A stretch of 60,104 bases of DNA from positions 1 to 60,104 of the IMG/VR virus record IMGVR_UViG_3300030012_001141; one strand, 5' to 3'. This DNA comes from a virus (lineage: Duplodnaviria > Caudoviricetes). The notes beneath the pieces were generated by a model. The model searched no databases. It had not been told where the DNA came from and saw only the letters and a program-made list of their open reading frames with translations. Shown piece after piece: positions 47,405-56,310 of the stretch. Each line of letters opens with the position of its first letter. Within the stretch, counting starts at the first letter, position 1. The position numbers and the translations under genes were made by a program.

Positions 47405-47650
47405 TTAGGCGTGCATCATTCGCGCCTCTTTTCGTGCTCTTCGTGCCTCTCGTCGTGCCTCACGTTGGCATGTTGCTTTTGCCTCGTACCTGTCGCGCAG
47501 TGTCGACTCAGCGATACGGTGCGAGTACCAATTTATCAGTGCATCAACTTTGTGCTGACTGTCTGACGCTTTGCGCTTTGCATTGCGCCTTACCTTCATG
47601 GGTTGCGCTCTGTGTCGCCTGTCGTGTAGTATCGTGTTCATAATTTTCAT
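47405..47650 (-). CDS. First early gene, Arg-rich protein
   Basis: 81 aa directly after a promoter-like motif. Confidence 0.5.
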   Translation of the reverse strand: MKIMNTILHDRRHRAQPMKVRRNAKRKASDSQHKVDALINWYSHRIAESTLRDRYEAKATCQREARREARRARKEARMMHA

Positions 47651-47654
47651 ACCC

Positions 47655-47687
47655 CAAAGATGCGGGTATTGATTTCACAAAACCAAA
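47655..47687 (-). promoter_or_regulatory. Probable early promoter
   Basis: Minus strand TTTG (47687-47684), 21-nt spacer, CATCTTTG (one mismatch to TAnnTTTG), 4 nt before ATG 47650. Confidence 0.55.
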
Positions 47688-47783
47688 TTAAAAATGTTAA
47701 CAAGTGTTAAAATTTAAATCCCATTTTTCCGTAGATAGGAACGCACACGCGAGATGTAAAGTAAAGGTTTAAGTAAATGAACA

Positions 47784-48397
47784 TAACTTATTGAATACCA
47801 ACCACTTAGCATAAATTTAACATTCGTTAACAGTGTAACTTATTGATTATCAGTTAGTTAGCACTTCTCCAAAAAGTAATACCTAACTACCAGCGAAGCC
47901 ATTGAAGCTCTTAAAACGGCTTAAAATGGCTCGGTGTTAAAATATGTTAAATGTTTTGTATTTTGCCTTTTGTTATGTATAGCGAATTGTTAGACATGAC
48001 TAATAAAATAGTTTAGGTAAGACTAAATAATACCCACTCGTTTTTGAATGATAATATATATTATGTTAAGTGAGTAGTTGGTTTGTCCCTTTCTCCTTTG
48101 TTACTCATTATCAAAGCAAAGCAATGCTTTATTTATTTAATTGCTTTAGTATACATACCTTAAGTAATTGAATACTAGTAACTTACAGTAAAAAGCTAGA
48201 TTTATACAGCAAAAAAACAAAAAAAACAAGGGGACGGCGTTAAAAAAAGTTAATTTTATTTTACAAAAAAATCTGTTTTTATAATATATAATCCCCACAC
48301 TCCTTATTTCTGACGTTTTTTCGTGGGTTCCCCGACTACTACGATCAAATCGGCTCCCCGACTACTACATCTTAACTCCTTGATTACTAAACAGTTA
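47784..48397. repeat. Four 25-bp quasi-palindromes TAAST-NN-TTGAWTAYYAR-NN-ASTTA
   Basis: Copies at 47784-47808, 47836-47860, 48161-48185, 48373-48397. Confidence 0.8.
48329..48368 (+). repeat. 14-bp direct repeat pair
   Basis: TCCCCGACTACTAC at 48329-48342 and 48355-48368. Confidence 0.85.
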
Positions 48398-48620
48398 CGC
48401 AAAAGTCTTAAAGTAAAGCTTTAGCACTTGACTTTTAAAAAAAAAAGTGGTAACTTAGCCAGCGAATGTAGCGGATTACGCGATTAACTTCCGAAATGAG
48501 GGTATTTGTAAGCGTAAACAGTCTATCTGATACAAGACTAGCTATATTTAGTGGAATACGCCCTAACTATACCCATGTATGTTTACTGTTTGGGGTGATC
48601 TATTAAAAGATTCCTTTTAT

Positions 48621-48628
48621 TACCTTTG
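48621..48628 (+). promoter_or_regulatory. -7 promoter element, near-leaderless
   Basis: TACCTTTG then 5 nt then ATG 48634. Confidence 0.65.
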
Positions 48629-48633
48629 CACCA

Positions 48634-51600
48634 ATGCGCTTAAGAAGAAGAAGATACCACACTGGGGGTGGAATACCACCACATTCACACCCACATGAAG
48701 TTCTTGATAGTTTAGTGGACGATTCTTCAAAAGCATTTGTATCTGAAGCCACGCAGCCTGCAGGTAATATACCACCAAGAGATCCCTTTAGCAAACCTAT
48801 AAATATAATACCCCGTCCAGATACATTATCTGAAGCATCAGACGATGCCTTTGAACCAATAAGTTGGTTAGAGCTTTTTTCAGACCCTGTACGAGCATTC
48901 AGATTTTACAATCAGAATCCACAATTTAGTGCTGCAGCTAATATTCCTGGCTATGAAGGTCGTTTTGAACCATTCAGAAGACCTACGAAAGCAGAATTTG
49001 ATGCAACAGAGAGTAGAGCTATAGATTTTGCAGGTCAGGTTTTTAATCCAGCAACTTATGCTCAGACAGCAGTAGAATTAGATAAGGATTTAACTGAACT
49101 AGATAGAGAAATCATTGCAGCTTTTGAAGATGGTCGTCTTAGCGGATCTGATTTAGATCGTGTGGGAGGTCAGTTAACAGAAGCAGGACTTAAAACTTTA
49201 TTTTTAGTTGGTGGTGCTTCAATGCTTAGAGGTTCAGGTGTTGGTTCTTTTAAAGTTCCAGCATCAGGAACACAGCAACAAACAGGAGCTTTACAGCAAT
49301 TAGCAGGAGAAAGTCAATTATTATTACCATCTGCAAAGTCTGCAGCACCCACTGCAGTGACGGAAACAACCCCAACACTACAGCAGTTAGCAAAGAAGTA
49401 CCAAGCAGAACGTGGTATAAGGACTAAGAAAGGTGCGTATGTATCTGAAGAAGCACCATACTTAGAGAGTAATATAGCTAAAGGTGGTCAATCAATAGAT
49501 ACTGGAGGTTTTGATCCAGTTCCTGGAGTAGTACAAAATGTAGAAAACTTAGGTGTGTATCAATTCCCTGGTTTGATAAAAGGTAGCAAATTAGAGAAGT
49601 CTGTTAAAGCAAAAGATGGGACTATATCAAAATCTGTAGTAGAAGATTATGCTAACGATCTACCAAAGAATTCGACTAGAGAGAAGAATGCTATACTTAA
49701 TGCGCTAGTAGAGTTAGATCAAGAATTCCCAGGTAAGACAATAGACTATGAAGCTTTAAGATCTTACGTGTCTTTAAATATAGAACCAGCAACAGTAATA
49801 AAAACCAAAGATCAAGCTAATTATGGGTTAGCAAAACTTGATTATGACATCAATGTTGATTTACGAAATACACCAAAGACTCTTATATATCAAGATGAAT
49901 CTCTTGGTATTGCGCCACCTCATCCAGGTATGAAAGATGGAGCAAGTTACTGGATAAGAAGCTTTGTTAATCCAGATGAATCTGAAATATACTATGTAAC
50001 AGAGTGGCAAACTGATTTACAAAAATTAAAAACTCCAGATGATCTTATTAAAGCTCCTGTTAATGTACCAACAACTTTTTCAAATAGAAGTTTTAATTTT
50101 TTAATAGATGATTGGGAATCAGTTGCATCCAATGGAATAGAAGGATTTATGTATCAAATGGATGCACAAAAGTATGCAGCAGAACGTGGTGTTTTAAAAA
50201 ATACTTTTGCAAATATGGGTATAAGTCGTGTCCCTGGTTTAAAACAAATTGAAGAGATAACACTTGACCTCCCACTTATTGTTTTTGATGACCAGCCTTT
50301 AATATCTCAGTTACATGACATAGGCACTCAAATTGAAAGTCTTGATCAAAAGATATATAATGCTGAATTTAATTTAGGTGCAAAGGATCCATCTATAGTA
50401 GAACTTCGAGAACAAAGAGATACTTACGAGCTTGCTTTTGACGAGGGTATGTTTGAACTTAAAAAAGTTAAAGATGAATTTGATAAGAATTTACCTAACA
50501 GGGATGCTCTTATAAAAGAAGAAGTAAATCTCAGAAAATCTCAAATTGAATCATTAAAACTTAAATGGATTAATGAGTCTATGTTAGATGCAGCTAGAAA
50601 CGGTCAAACAATATTAAGAATACCAACTCCTGAAACATCTAGAAGAATACAAGGGCATGGCAATCCTAATAGGTTTAAAGCTGTACATAGAAAATACAAA
50701 GACTTCCCAAAGTATTACAAAAAAGAGTTTGGTGTTGAAGTTAGAGAAGTCACTGACGATAGAGATAACACATGGTGGGAGGTAGATATCCCAGAAAAAT
50801 ACTTTAATCAAAATATGATGTACATGGAGGGGGAAGTAAAAACCCCATCAGAGTTTAAGACATACAAAAAAGGTGGTATCTTGCAGGCTATGGCTAAAAA
50901 GAATAGATCAGATAAAAATAAGTTTGTAAGCAAGAAAGTAAAAGTTCTACGCAAAGAGGGTAAAAGTCTTAAACAGGCAGTTGCTATAGCTCTTAGTATG
51001 TGGGAAAGAAAAAACAAAAAGAAGTTTGGTGCTGGTGGCGCTATATCTGACTTCGGTGTACAGACAACATTCTCAACTGACTTTGTAGAAGACTCTACTG
51101 ATGTTGCTGAACTAGAAGATCCAAGTGAGGAAGTACTAGCTACATCTGATCCAGAATTAGAAAACCCAGAGCTCACTGAACAGGAGATAAAGGATTTAAA
51201 GAAAAAGAAAGCTTTACAATCTGCTGGTAAAGGAGCTGCAGTTGGTGCTAGTATAGGTAGTGCTATTCCAGTTGTTGGTACTGCAGTTGGGGCCGTAGTT
51301 GGTGGTTTAATTGGTGGGTTGGGTAGCTTATTAAGCAATAAAGGAGTAGAAGATCCAGAACTTATCATGGCTAAAAACGGAGTGAAGGTGCATAAGAAAA
51401 AAAGAACATTTGATAAAGGAGGACTTCTAGAAGCGTTAAAACAAAGAAAAGAAAAAATAGACGCGGCTAAAGAGTACTATAAAGAAGAGAGTGAAAACCC
51501 GACAATGTATTTAGATGAAGAGGGTAAAATAATGATGCCAGATGTTAGTTATGAAACTGGAGAACCAGTATATCGTGAAGTAGAGTTAACTCCACAACAA

Positions 51601-52377
51601 TACAAAAGATTTAACATGGCGAAGTTTAGAGAATTTAAAAGAAATTTAAGAAAGAGAGATAGAGATGATAGACGGCAAGAAAGACGAGACGAAAGAATAT
51701 TTGATGATGGTGGGTTATTTGAAGCTTTAAGAGAAAAAAGAGCTCAAAGAAGATTAGGTAGAACTACAATACAACCATACGATACTGCAGAACTTGGAGG
51801 TTCTGCTGGGATATTTAATCAGTACTTACAAGAAGTTCAGGGTATTCCTAGAAGATCAATTGCTTTAGATCCAGAAACTAGTGATGATTCTGTTTTAACT
51901 CACGAACTTATACACACCACACAGTTTGGTCCTTTACAGCAAATAGCTGCTGAGCTAGATTTTAAAGATGCTGGCAGAATACAAGACAAAGATACCAGAA
52001 AGGCATTTAGAAAACTATATAAATCTATTGACCCTAAAACTCAATCTTTAAATAGATTAGGTAAGTTTATGGTCGGAGGGAAAGAAAGAGATATAGAGTT
52101 TGATGCAGTTATTAAATCTGCTATCTCATCTGCGAAAAAAAGAGGCTATGACCTATCTGGAAAAACTTATGATGAAATTTTAAACACTTTAAGTAAAGCT
52201 AGAGATGAAGATAATATATCTTTAAACATGCGTCATTTAGGAAACTTTATGAATAGCGATAAAGAAACAGGTAATACTTGGACTGACGAGCAAAAAGGAT
52301 ATATTATGGATGCAATTAAATCTAACTTAGATTTTGAAGGCTATACTGCTGAAGATGCAAAACAAGACTTAAGATAG
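48634..52377 (+). CDS. Large modular protein with glycine-zipper segment and C-terminal zincin-like (HExxH) domain
   Basis: 1247 aa; YYVTEWQTD; GAAVGASIGSAIPVVGTAVGAVVGGLIGGLG; VLTHELIHTTQ. Confidence 0.65.
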   Translation: MRLRRRRYHTGGGIPPHSHPHEVLDSLVDDSSKAFVSEATQPAGNIPPRDPFSKPINIIPRPDTLSEASDDAFEPISWLELFSDPVRAFRFYNQNPQFSAAANIPGYEGRFEPFRRPTKAEFDATESRAIDFAGQVFNPATYAQTAVELDKDLTELDREIIAAFEDGRLSGSDLDRVGGQLTEAGLKTLFLVGGASMLRGSGVGSFKVPASGTQQQTGALQQLAGESQLLLPSAKSAAPTAVTETTPTLQQLAKKYQAERGIRTKKGAYVSEEAPYLESNIAKGGQSIDTGGFDPVPGVVQNVENLGVYQFPGLIKGSKLEKSVKAKDGTISKSVVEDYANDLPKNSTREKNAILNALVELDQEFPGKTIDYEALRSYVSLNIEPATVIKTKDQANYGLAKLDYDINVDLRNTPKTLIYQDESLGIAPPHPGMKDGASYWIRSFVNPDESEIYYVTEWQTDLQKLKTPDDLIKAPVNVPTTFSNRSFNFLIDDWESVASNGIEGFMYQMDAQKYAAERGVLKNTFANMGISRVPGLKQIEEITLDLPLIVFDDQPLISQLHDIGTQIESLDQKIYNAEFNLGAKDPSIVELREQRDTYELAFDEGMFELKKVKDEFDKNLPNRDALIKEEVNLRKSQIESLKLKWINESMLDAARNGQTILRIPTPETSRRIQGHGNPNRFKAVHRKYKDFPKYYKKEFGVEVREVTDDRDNTWWEVDIPEKYFNQNMMYMEGEVKTPSEFKTYKKGGILQAMAKKNRSDKNKFVSKKVKVLRKEGKSLKQAVAIALSMWERKNKKKFGAGGAISDFGVQTTFSTDFVEDSTDVAELEDPSEEVLATSDPELENPELTEQEIKDLKKKKALQSAGKGAAVGASIGSAIPVVGTAVGAVVGGLIGGLGSLLSNKGVEDPELIMAKNGVKVHKKKRTFDKGGLLEALKQRKEKIDAAKEYYKEESENPTMYLDEEGKIMMPDVSYETGEPVYREVELTPQQYKRFNMAKFREFKRNLRKRDRDDRRQERRDERIFDDGGLFEALREKRAQRRLGRTTIQPYDTAELGGSAGIFNQYLQEVQGIPRRSIALDPETSDDSVLTHELIHTTQFGPLQQIAAELDFKDAGRIQDKDTRKAFRKLYKSIDPKTQSLNRLGKFMVGGKERDIEFDAVIKSAISSAKKRGYDLSGKTYDEILNTLSKARDEDNISLNMRHLGNFMNSDKETGNTWTDEQKGYIMDAIKSNLDFEGYTAEDAKQDLR

Positions 52378-52395
52378 TTGTAGTGGATAATATAT

Positions 52396-52403
52396 TATAT
52401 TTG
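52396..52403 (+). promoter_or_regulatory. -7 promoter element
   Basis: TATATTTG, 16 nt upstream of ATG 52420. Confidence 0.6.
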
Positions 52404-52419
52404 TAAAAAATAAGTAGCT

Positions 52420-52938
52420 ATGAAACACATGAAAATGAATAAAGGGGGTAAAAGCCCATTTGGTATGCTAAGCGTAAAGGCTGGCATAGATAACAACCCA
52501 AACCCAACTCAAGCAGATAGAATTGCAGGAGCAACAAATAAAGCTGATTACGGAATGAGGATTAAGAATATGATGATGGAAGAAGGAGGTAAAATGGAAT
52601 TTGGTATGGGTGGTAGAAATGAATATGGACATGGAGGTAAGAATGAATATGGGCACGGAGGTAAGAATGAATATGGACATGGAGGTAAGAATGAATATGG
52701 ACATGGAGGAAAAGCTCAAGGGTCAGGTGGAGATGTAGACGCTCTTTTACAAATGCTAGCAAACTTCGATCAAGAGAGAAGTGTTGGTGATTTTTTACAG
52801 ATGCTTATGAATCAGTCTGGAGCTGGTGACATGCCTTCAGGAAGATCTATGGGTGAGATGAATCAGCCACCAATGAGAAATATGCCTCCAAGAGATGCAG
52901 AATCTCTTCTAAGACAATTAGGCCAGCAAGAAAGATAA
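52420..52938 (+). CDS. Low-complexity M/G-rich protein with tandem repeats
   Basis: GMLSVKAGIDNNPNPTQADRIAGA; NEYGHGGK x4. Confidence 0.7.
   Translation: MKHMKMNKGGKSPFGMLSVKAGIDNNPNPTQADRIAGATNKADYGMRIKNMMMEEGGKMEFGMGGRNEYGHGGKNEYGHGGKNEYGHGGKNEYGHGGKAQGSGGDVDALLQMLANFDQERSVGDFLQMLMNQSGAGDMPSGRSMGEMNQPPMRNMPPRDAESLLRQLGQQER
52609..52710 (+). repeat. 24-bp coding tandem repeat, about 4 copies
   Basis: GGAGGTAAGAATGAATATGGACAT unit with mostly synonymous variants. Confidence 0.9.
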
Positions 52939-52941
52939 TAA

Positions 52942-53406
52942 ATGGCTACTTTAAACGTAACAATAACAGAAGAGTTAACACTTAATGGAGCTGATAGAGG
53001 TTCTATTAATACGTTATCTGTAGCGTCTGTTACTCAGGTATATCATAGAATTGTTACTTGTCCAGCTAGTTCTGATACAACTATAGCTACTTTTCAGACA
53101 GCTACAAGTACAAGTGATAATGCTGTCGACCTTGAAGACGCTAAATACGTGAGAGTTACTAATCTTGATGATACTAATTCAGTAAACCTTTCTTTACAAG
53201 TTTCTACTGATGAAGACGGGGCTGCTGATTCTTCTGCATCAATATTATTAGCTGCAGGTAGATCTTATATGATGGGGGCTACTCACGACGGTATAGCTGT
53301 TAGCGATGCAAACGCTAATATTGTTACTGCGTTAACAGACTTAGAGAGTATATTAATTGATCCAGGATCTAATGCAGTATCCATAGAAGTCTTTATAGCG
53401 AGTTAA
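52942..53406 (+). CDS. Probable virion structural protein
   Basis: MATLNVTITEELTLNG...KYVRVTNLDDTN...EVFIAS; resembles the 9649 family. Confidence 0.6.
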   Translation: MATLNVTITEELTLNGADRGSINTLSVASVTQVYHRIVTCPASSDTTIATFQTATSTSDNAVDLEDAKYVRVTNLDDTNSVNLSLQVSTDEDGAADSSASILLAAGRSYMMGATHDGIAVSDANANIVTALTDLESILIDPGSNAVSIEVFIAS

Positions 53407-53984
53407 TGAATAGTATTAAGAAATATAGCCCAGGTGGTAGGAATCCCAGAAGCAAAGGAAAAAGATCTGTTGATAAAAGCAAACTTTCTAGCATTTCTCA
53501 AAGACAAGTTGCTCCTATAGAATCTTTATTGAGAAATATTGCTCAAAGAAAAGAGTTAAAGAAGGGTGAAAGCAAAGGTGATTCTATAAGTTTAGGTGAC
53601 GTAAACTTCGGTGATGGTACAGAGGGTGAGTCTTGTAAGATAGTCGACGGTAAGATTCAGTGTGCATCTTACGGTACGTCATCAGAGGACCTTGGGGAAA
53701 TGGCAACAGAGGATGAGAAAGGAGATAAAAAACCTTTTTCTTTGGTTTTAGCAGATATAATTAAAGGTGGAAGAGATTTAAGACAAGATTTTCTTAAGTC
53801 TCAGAAAAAATATTTTGGTAAAAGAAGAGAAGTTGATATAGACCCTGATAGAGGCAGTGCTACTTTAGTTAGGAATCCTTTTGCTAGAGCATTATATAAA
53901 AGGGCTGAAAGAAAACTTGCTAAATCAGAAGGTAGAGAATCTGCTGGTCAGGGTAAGCAGTTTGTAGGTTCTTTTGAATTTTGA
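53406..53984 (+). CDS. Hypothetical protein
   Basis: 192 aa; begins KKYSPGG. Confidence 0.6.
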   Translation: MNSIKKYSPGGRNPRSKGKRSVDKSKLSSISQRQVAPIESLLRNIAQRKELKKGESKGDSISLGDVNFGDGTEGESCKIVDGKIQCASYGTSSEDLGEMATEDEKGDKKPFSLVLADIIKGGRDLRQDFLKSQKKYFGKRREVDIDPDRGSATLVRNPFARALYKRAERKLAKSEGRESAGQGKQFVGSFEF

Positions 53985-54065
53985 ACAAATACTATTTCAA
54001 CACCAAGAAGAAAAGAAAAGATCACTCCAAAGAGGCAGAAATAACTAGATTAAATAAAATAAAAA

Positions 54066-54584
54066 ATGAAACTCGAAGTAATAAGAATCAACAAAGGCAA
54101 GGATTCAACTAACGGTATTTTATTTGATGTAACAAATGAAAGAAAATTTTTATGCTACACCTTGGAAGACGAAAGTCGCAAGGAAAAAGTTTACGGAGAA
54201 ACTTGCATACCTGAAGGAGAGTATAATATCGGCTTTCGAACTGTGGGTGGATATCACACCAAATACAGTAATAGATTTGCTGATATACATAAAGGCATGC
54301 TTCATGTCTTGGATGTTCCAGGCTTTGAATATATTCTTCTTCACTGCGGTAATACTGATGAGGACACTGCGGGATGTTTACTACTGGGTGACACGCAAGA
54401 AAACAACAACACCAACAAAAACGGTTTTATAGGTAAGAGCACTAACGCGTACAAACGTGTATATCCGCCTATAGCTAAAGCATTAGAAGCTGGAGAAGAA
54501 GTAACTATAGTATATAGAGATTTTGCAAAAAGTCTTATATTAGATCCAGTGGAGTTAGTAAACCTTCTTAATAAAGAAGCATAA
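54066..54584 (+). CDS. DUF5675-like protein, candidate endolysin (L,D-transpeptidase-like His/Cys motif)
   Basis: CYTLED...KVYGETCIPEGEY...VPGFEYILLHCGNTDEDTAGCLLLG. Confidence 0.7.
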   Translation: MKLEVIRINKGKDSTNGILFDVTNERKFLCYTLEDESRKEKVYGETCIPEGEYNIGFRTVGGYHTKYSNRFADIHKGMLHVLDVPGFEYILLHCGNTDEDTAGCLLLGDTQENNNTNKNGFIGKSTNAYKRVYPPIAKALEAGEEVTIVYRDFAKSLILDPVELVNLLNKEA

Positions 54585-55345
54585 TGTTAGGATTAGGAAC
54601 AAGTATATTATCACCTTATATAGAGAGCGCAGCGTCTTACTCAAACACTAAATCCCTGTCTTTTGCTGGTGGCTCAGGTGATAATCTTCATTACGTAGAT
54701 ACCAACTATACATCCAATGCTCTTTTTCAAGATAGCTTTAGTATTAGCATGTGGGTAAAACCTGATGATGGCCAGCATTTACAAACATTATTTGGAGTTG
54801 AGTTAGGAGCTAGTGATGTAGCTTTTTTTAACATCTCTTCGCTAGGTCAGTTAGGTTTTAATCATTTCTCTGATGGAGCATTTGCTTCGGTTACTACGGA
54901 TGCGGCTAGATTTACGAATGGTGCTCAAAGTGCTTTTACACATGTTGTATTAACTGTAACAAAAAATACTGGTGGCAATACATCATATGCTATCTACGAT
55001 GACGGTACTTCAGTTCCAATATCTTTTTTTGGAGGATTTAGAGTATCAGAAGCTAAGCATGCTGCTTTTGATCATGGAGGTTTAGAACCAAGTATTGGTG
55101 CTTCAAATGATGATGGAACGCATGATACTCCTTTTGGAGGTTTAATAGACGAAGTTGCGATCTTTACTAAAGCGCTTTCTTCTAGTGAAGTTACGGCTAT
55201 ATATAATAGCGGCGTACCAAAAGATGAAAGTGCGCACGATGGTCTTTTATTATACTACAGATTTGAAGATGATGTAACTGACACGGCTGGAACAAGTAAC
55301 GCAACGAATAACGGAGCTACATTTAGCTCTACAGTACCTTCTTAA
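54584..55345 (+). CDS. LamG/concanavalin A-like domain protein
   Basis: MLGLG start; FSISMWVK...HVVLT...GLIDEVAIFTKALSSSEVTAIYN. Confidence 0.75.
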   Translation: MLGLGTSILSPYIESAASYSNTKSLSFAGGSGDNLHYVDTNYTSNALFQDSFSISMWVKPDDGQHLQTLFGVELGASDVAFFNISSLGQLGFNHFSDGAFASVTTDAARFTNGAQSAFTHVVLTVTKNTGGNTSYAIYDDGTSVPISFFGGFRVSEAKHAAFDHGGLEPSIGASNDDGTHDTPFGGLIDEVAIFTKALSSSEVTAIYNSGVPKDESAHDGLLLYYRFEDDVTDTAGTSNATNNGATFSSTVPS

Positions 55346-55347
55346 TA

Positions 55348-55563
55348 ATGGATAAATTTATAATATTAACAGGTGATGAAGCACAAGATTGGGGTATTGA
55401 AAATATTCTTACTAATCTATACAAAATAGGTACAGATGGAAGAGGTATTTTTGGATTTACTACAGTGCCAAACGATTTGAGCTCAAAGACTGTATATACC
55501 AAATCTCAAATAAACGCTATGTTAAGAGATAACAGTAGTCCGTTTTATACTGAAGGATATTAA
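55348..55563 (+). CDS. Small hypothetical protein
   Basis: 71 aa following the LamG gene. Confidence 0.55.
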   Translation: MDKFIILTGDEAQDWGIENILTNLYKIGTDGRGIFGFTTVPNDLSSKTVYTKSQINAMLRDNSSPFYTEGY

Positions 55564-55982
55564 CTATCTAACTCCCTATAAATTCTTTGCACAAGCAGCC
55601 TAGCTTTTTGAGTTAAGGCATACCTAACTCTATAGTTCATTTTAGTTTCTTCTCTGAATAGATGATCCTCAAAGGTCTGTGACGGCGTTAGCTTGTCAAA
55701 ATGTTTGTATAAATAACCTTTATTTACTAAGGGATATATAAATCTGTTTTGAGTATTGTTTTTATTCATAGCTAAATCTTCTGCTGCATATTTAATTGTA
55801 AAAAACTGAAGATCGTATGCCCACAATAGAAACTCTATCATGGAAAAAGATATATCATACTCTTTGTTAACAAGATGTTTTACTTTCTTTAAATTCTTTA
55901 AATAATTTCTACGAAGATATTTCTTATCTTGCATAGAGAATTCTCTAAATAACTTTTTCTTAGAAACTTTGCTTTTAGGCAT
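55560..55982 (-). CDS. Winged-helix (MarR-like) DNA-binding protein
   Basis: IEFLLWAY...IYPLVNKGYL...YALTQKARLLV; only minus-strand gene in the late arm. Confidence 0.55.
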   Translation of the reverse strand: MPKSKVSKKKLFREFSMQDKKYLRRNYLKNLKKVKHLVNKEYDISFSMIEFLLWAYDLQFFTIKYAAEDLAMNKNNTQNRFIYPLVNKGYLYKHFDKLTPSQTFEDHLFREETKMNYRVRYALTQKARLLVQRIYRELDS

Positions 55983-55998
55983 AAAATAAATTTATCAC

Positions 55999-56304
55999 AT
56001 GAAAGATATGGCGTTTTTAATGGAAATTCAAAAGTTAGCCATAGAAATGGACCGTCTTGTTGATAAATACGAAATGAGAGATAGGTTTGTTTCTATACTT
56101 GTTTCTGGGTTTTTTGATGAAGATGAGTTTGGAGAGTTAAAAATGAACGCTATATACAGTTATCATCTTGATAGTTTTTTTGAGCTGGAAGAAATGGTTA
56201 ACTTTGTAAGCAATACATATAACTATGATGCTCCCTACACTTTAGAAGATTTTGAAAAAGATATTGATGAAATGTTGAGGGACCTAGATATAGATACTGA
56301 ATAA
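55999..56304 (+). CDS. Acidic hypothetical protein
   Basis: 101 aa, D/E-rich. Confidence 0.6.
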   Translation: MKDMAFLMEIQKLAIEMDRLVDKYEMRDRFVSILVSGFFDEDEFGELKMNAIYSYHLDSFFELEEMVNFVSNTYNYDAPYTLEDFEKDIDEMLRDLDIDTE

Positions 56305-56310
56305 AATATA

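Larger units (their letters stand above)
47651..48633. other. AT-rich divergent non-coding control region (candidate physical terminus, packaging site or origin)
   Basis: Only long ORF-poor stretch; separates the two divergent arms; A/T tracts and GTTAA/TTAAC repeats. Confidence 0.65.

Noticed and set aside
47651-48633. tRNA genes or attP site
   Set aside because: No cloverleaf with T-loop consensus recognised and no integrase in the genome
1236-54432. Numerous antisense or alternate-frame 60-190 aa track ORFs within large genes
   Set aside because: Fully nested in well-supported genes, with no independent expression signals or motifs
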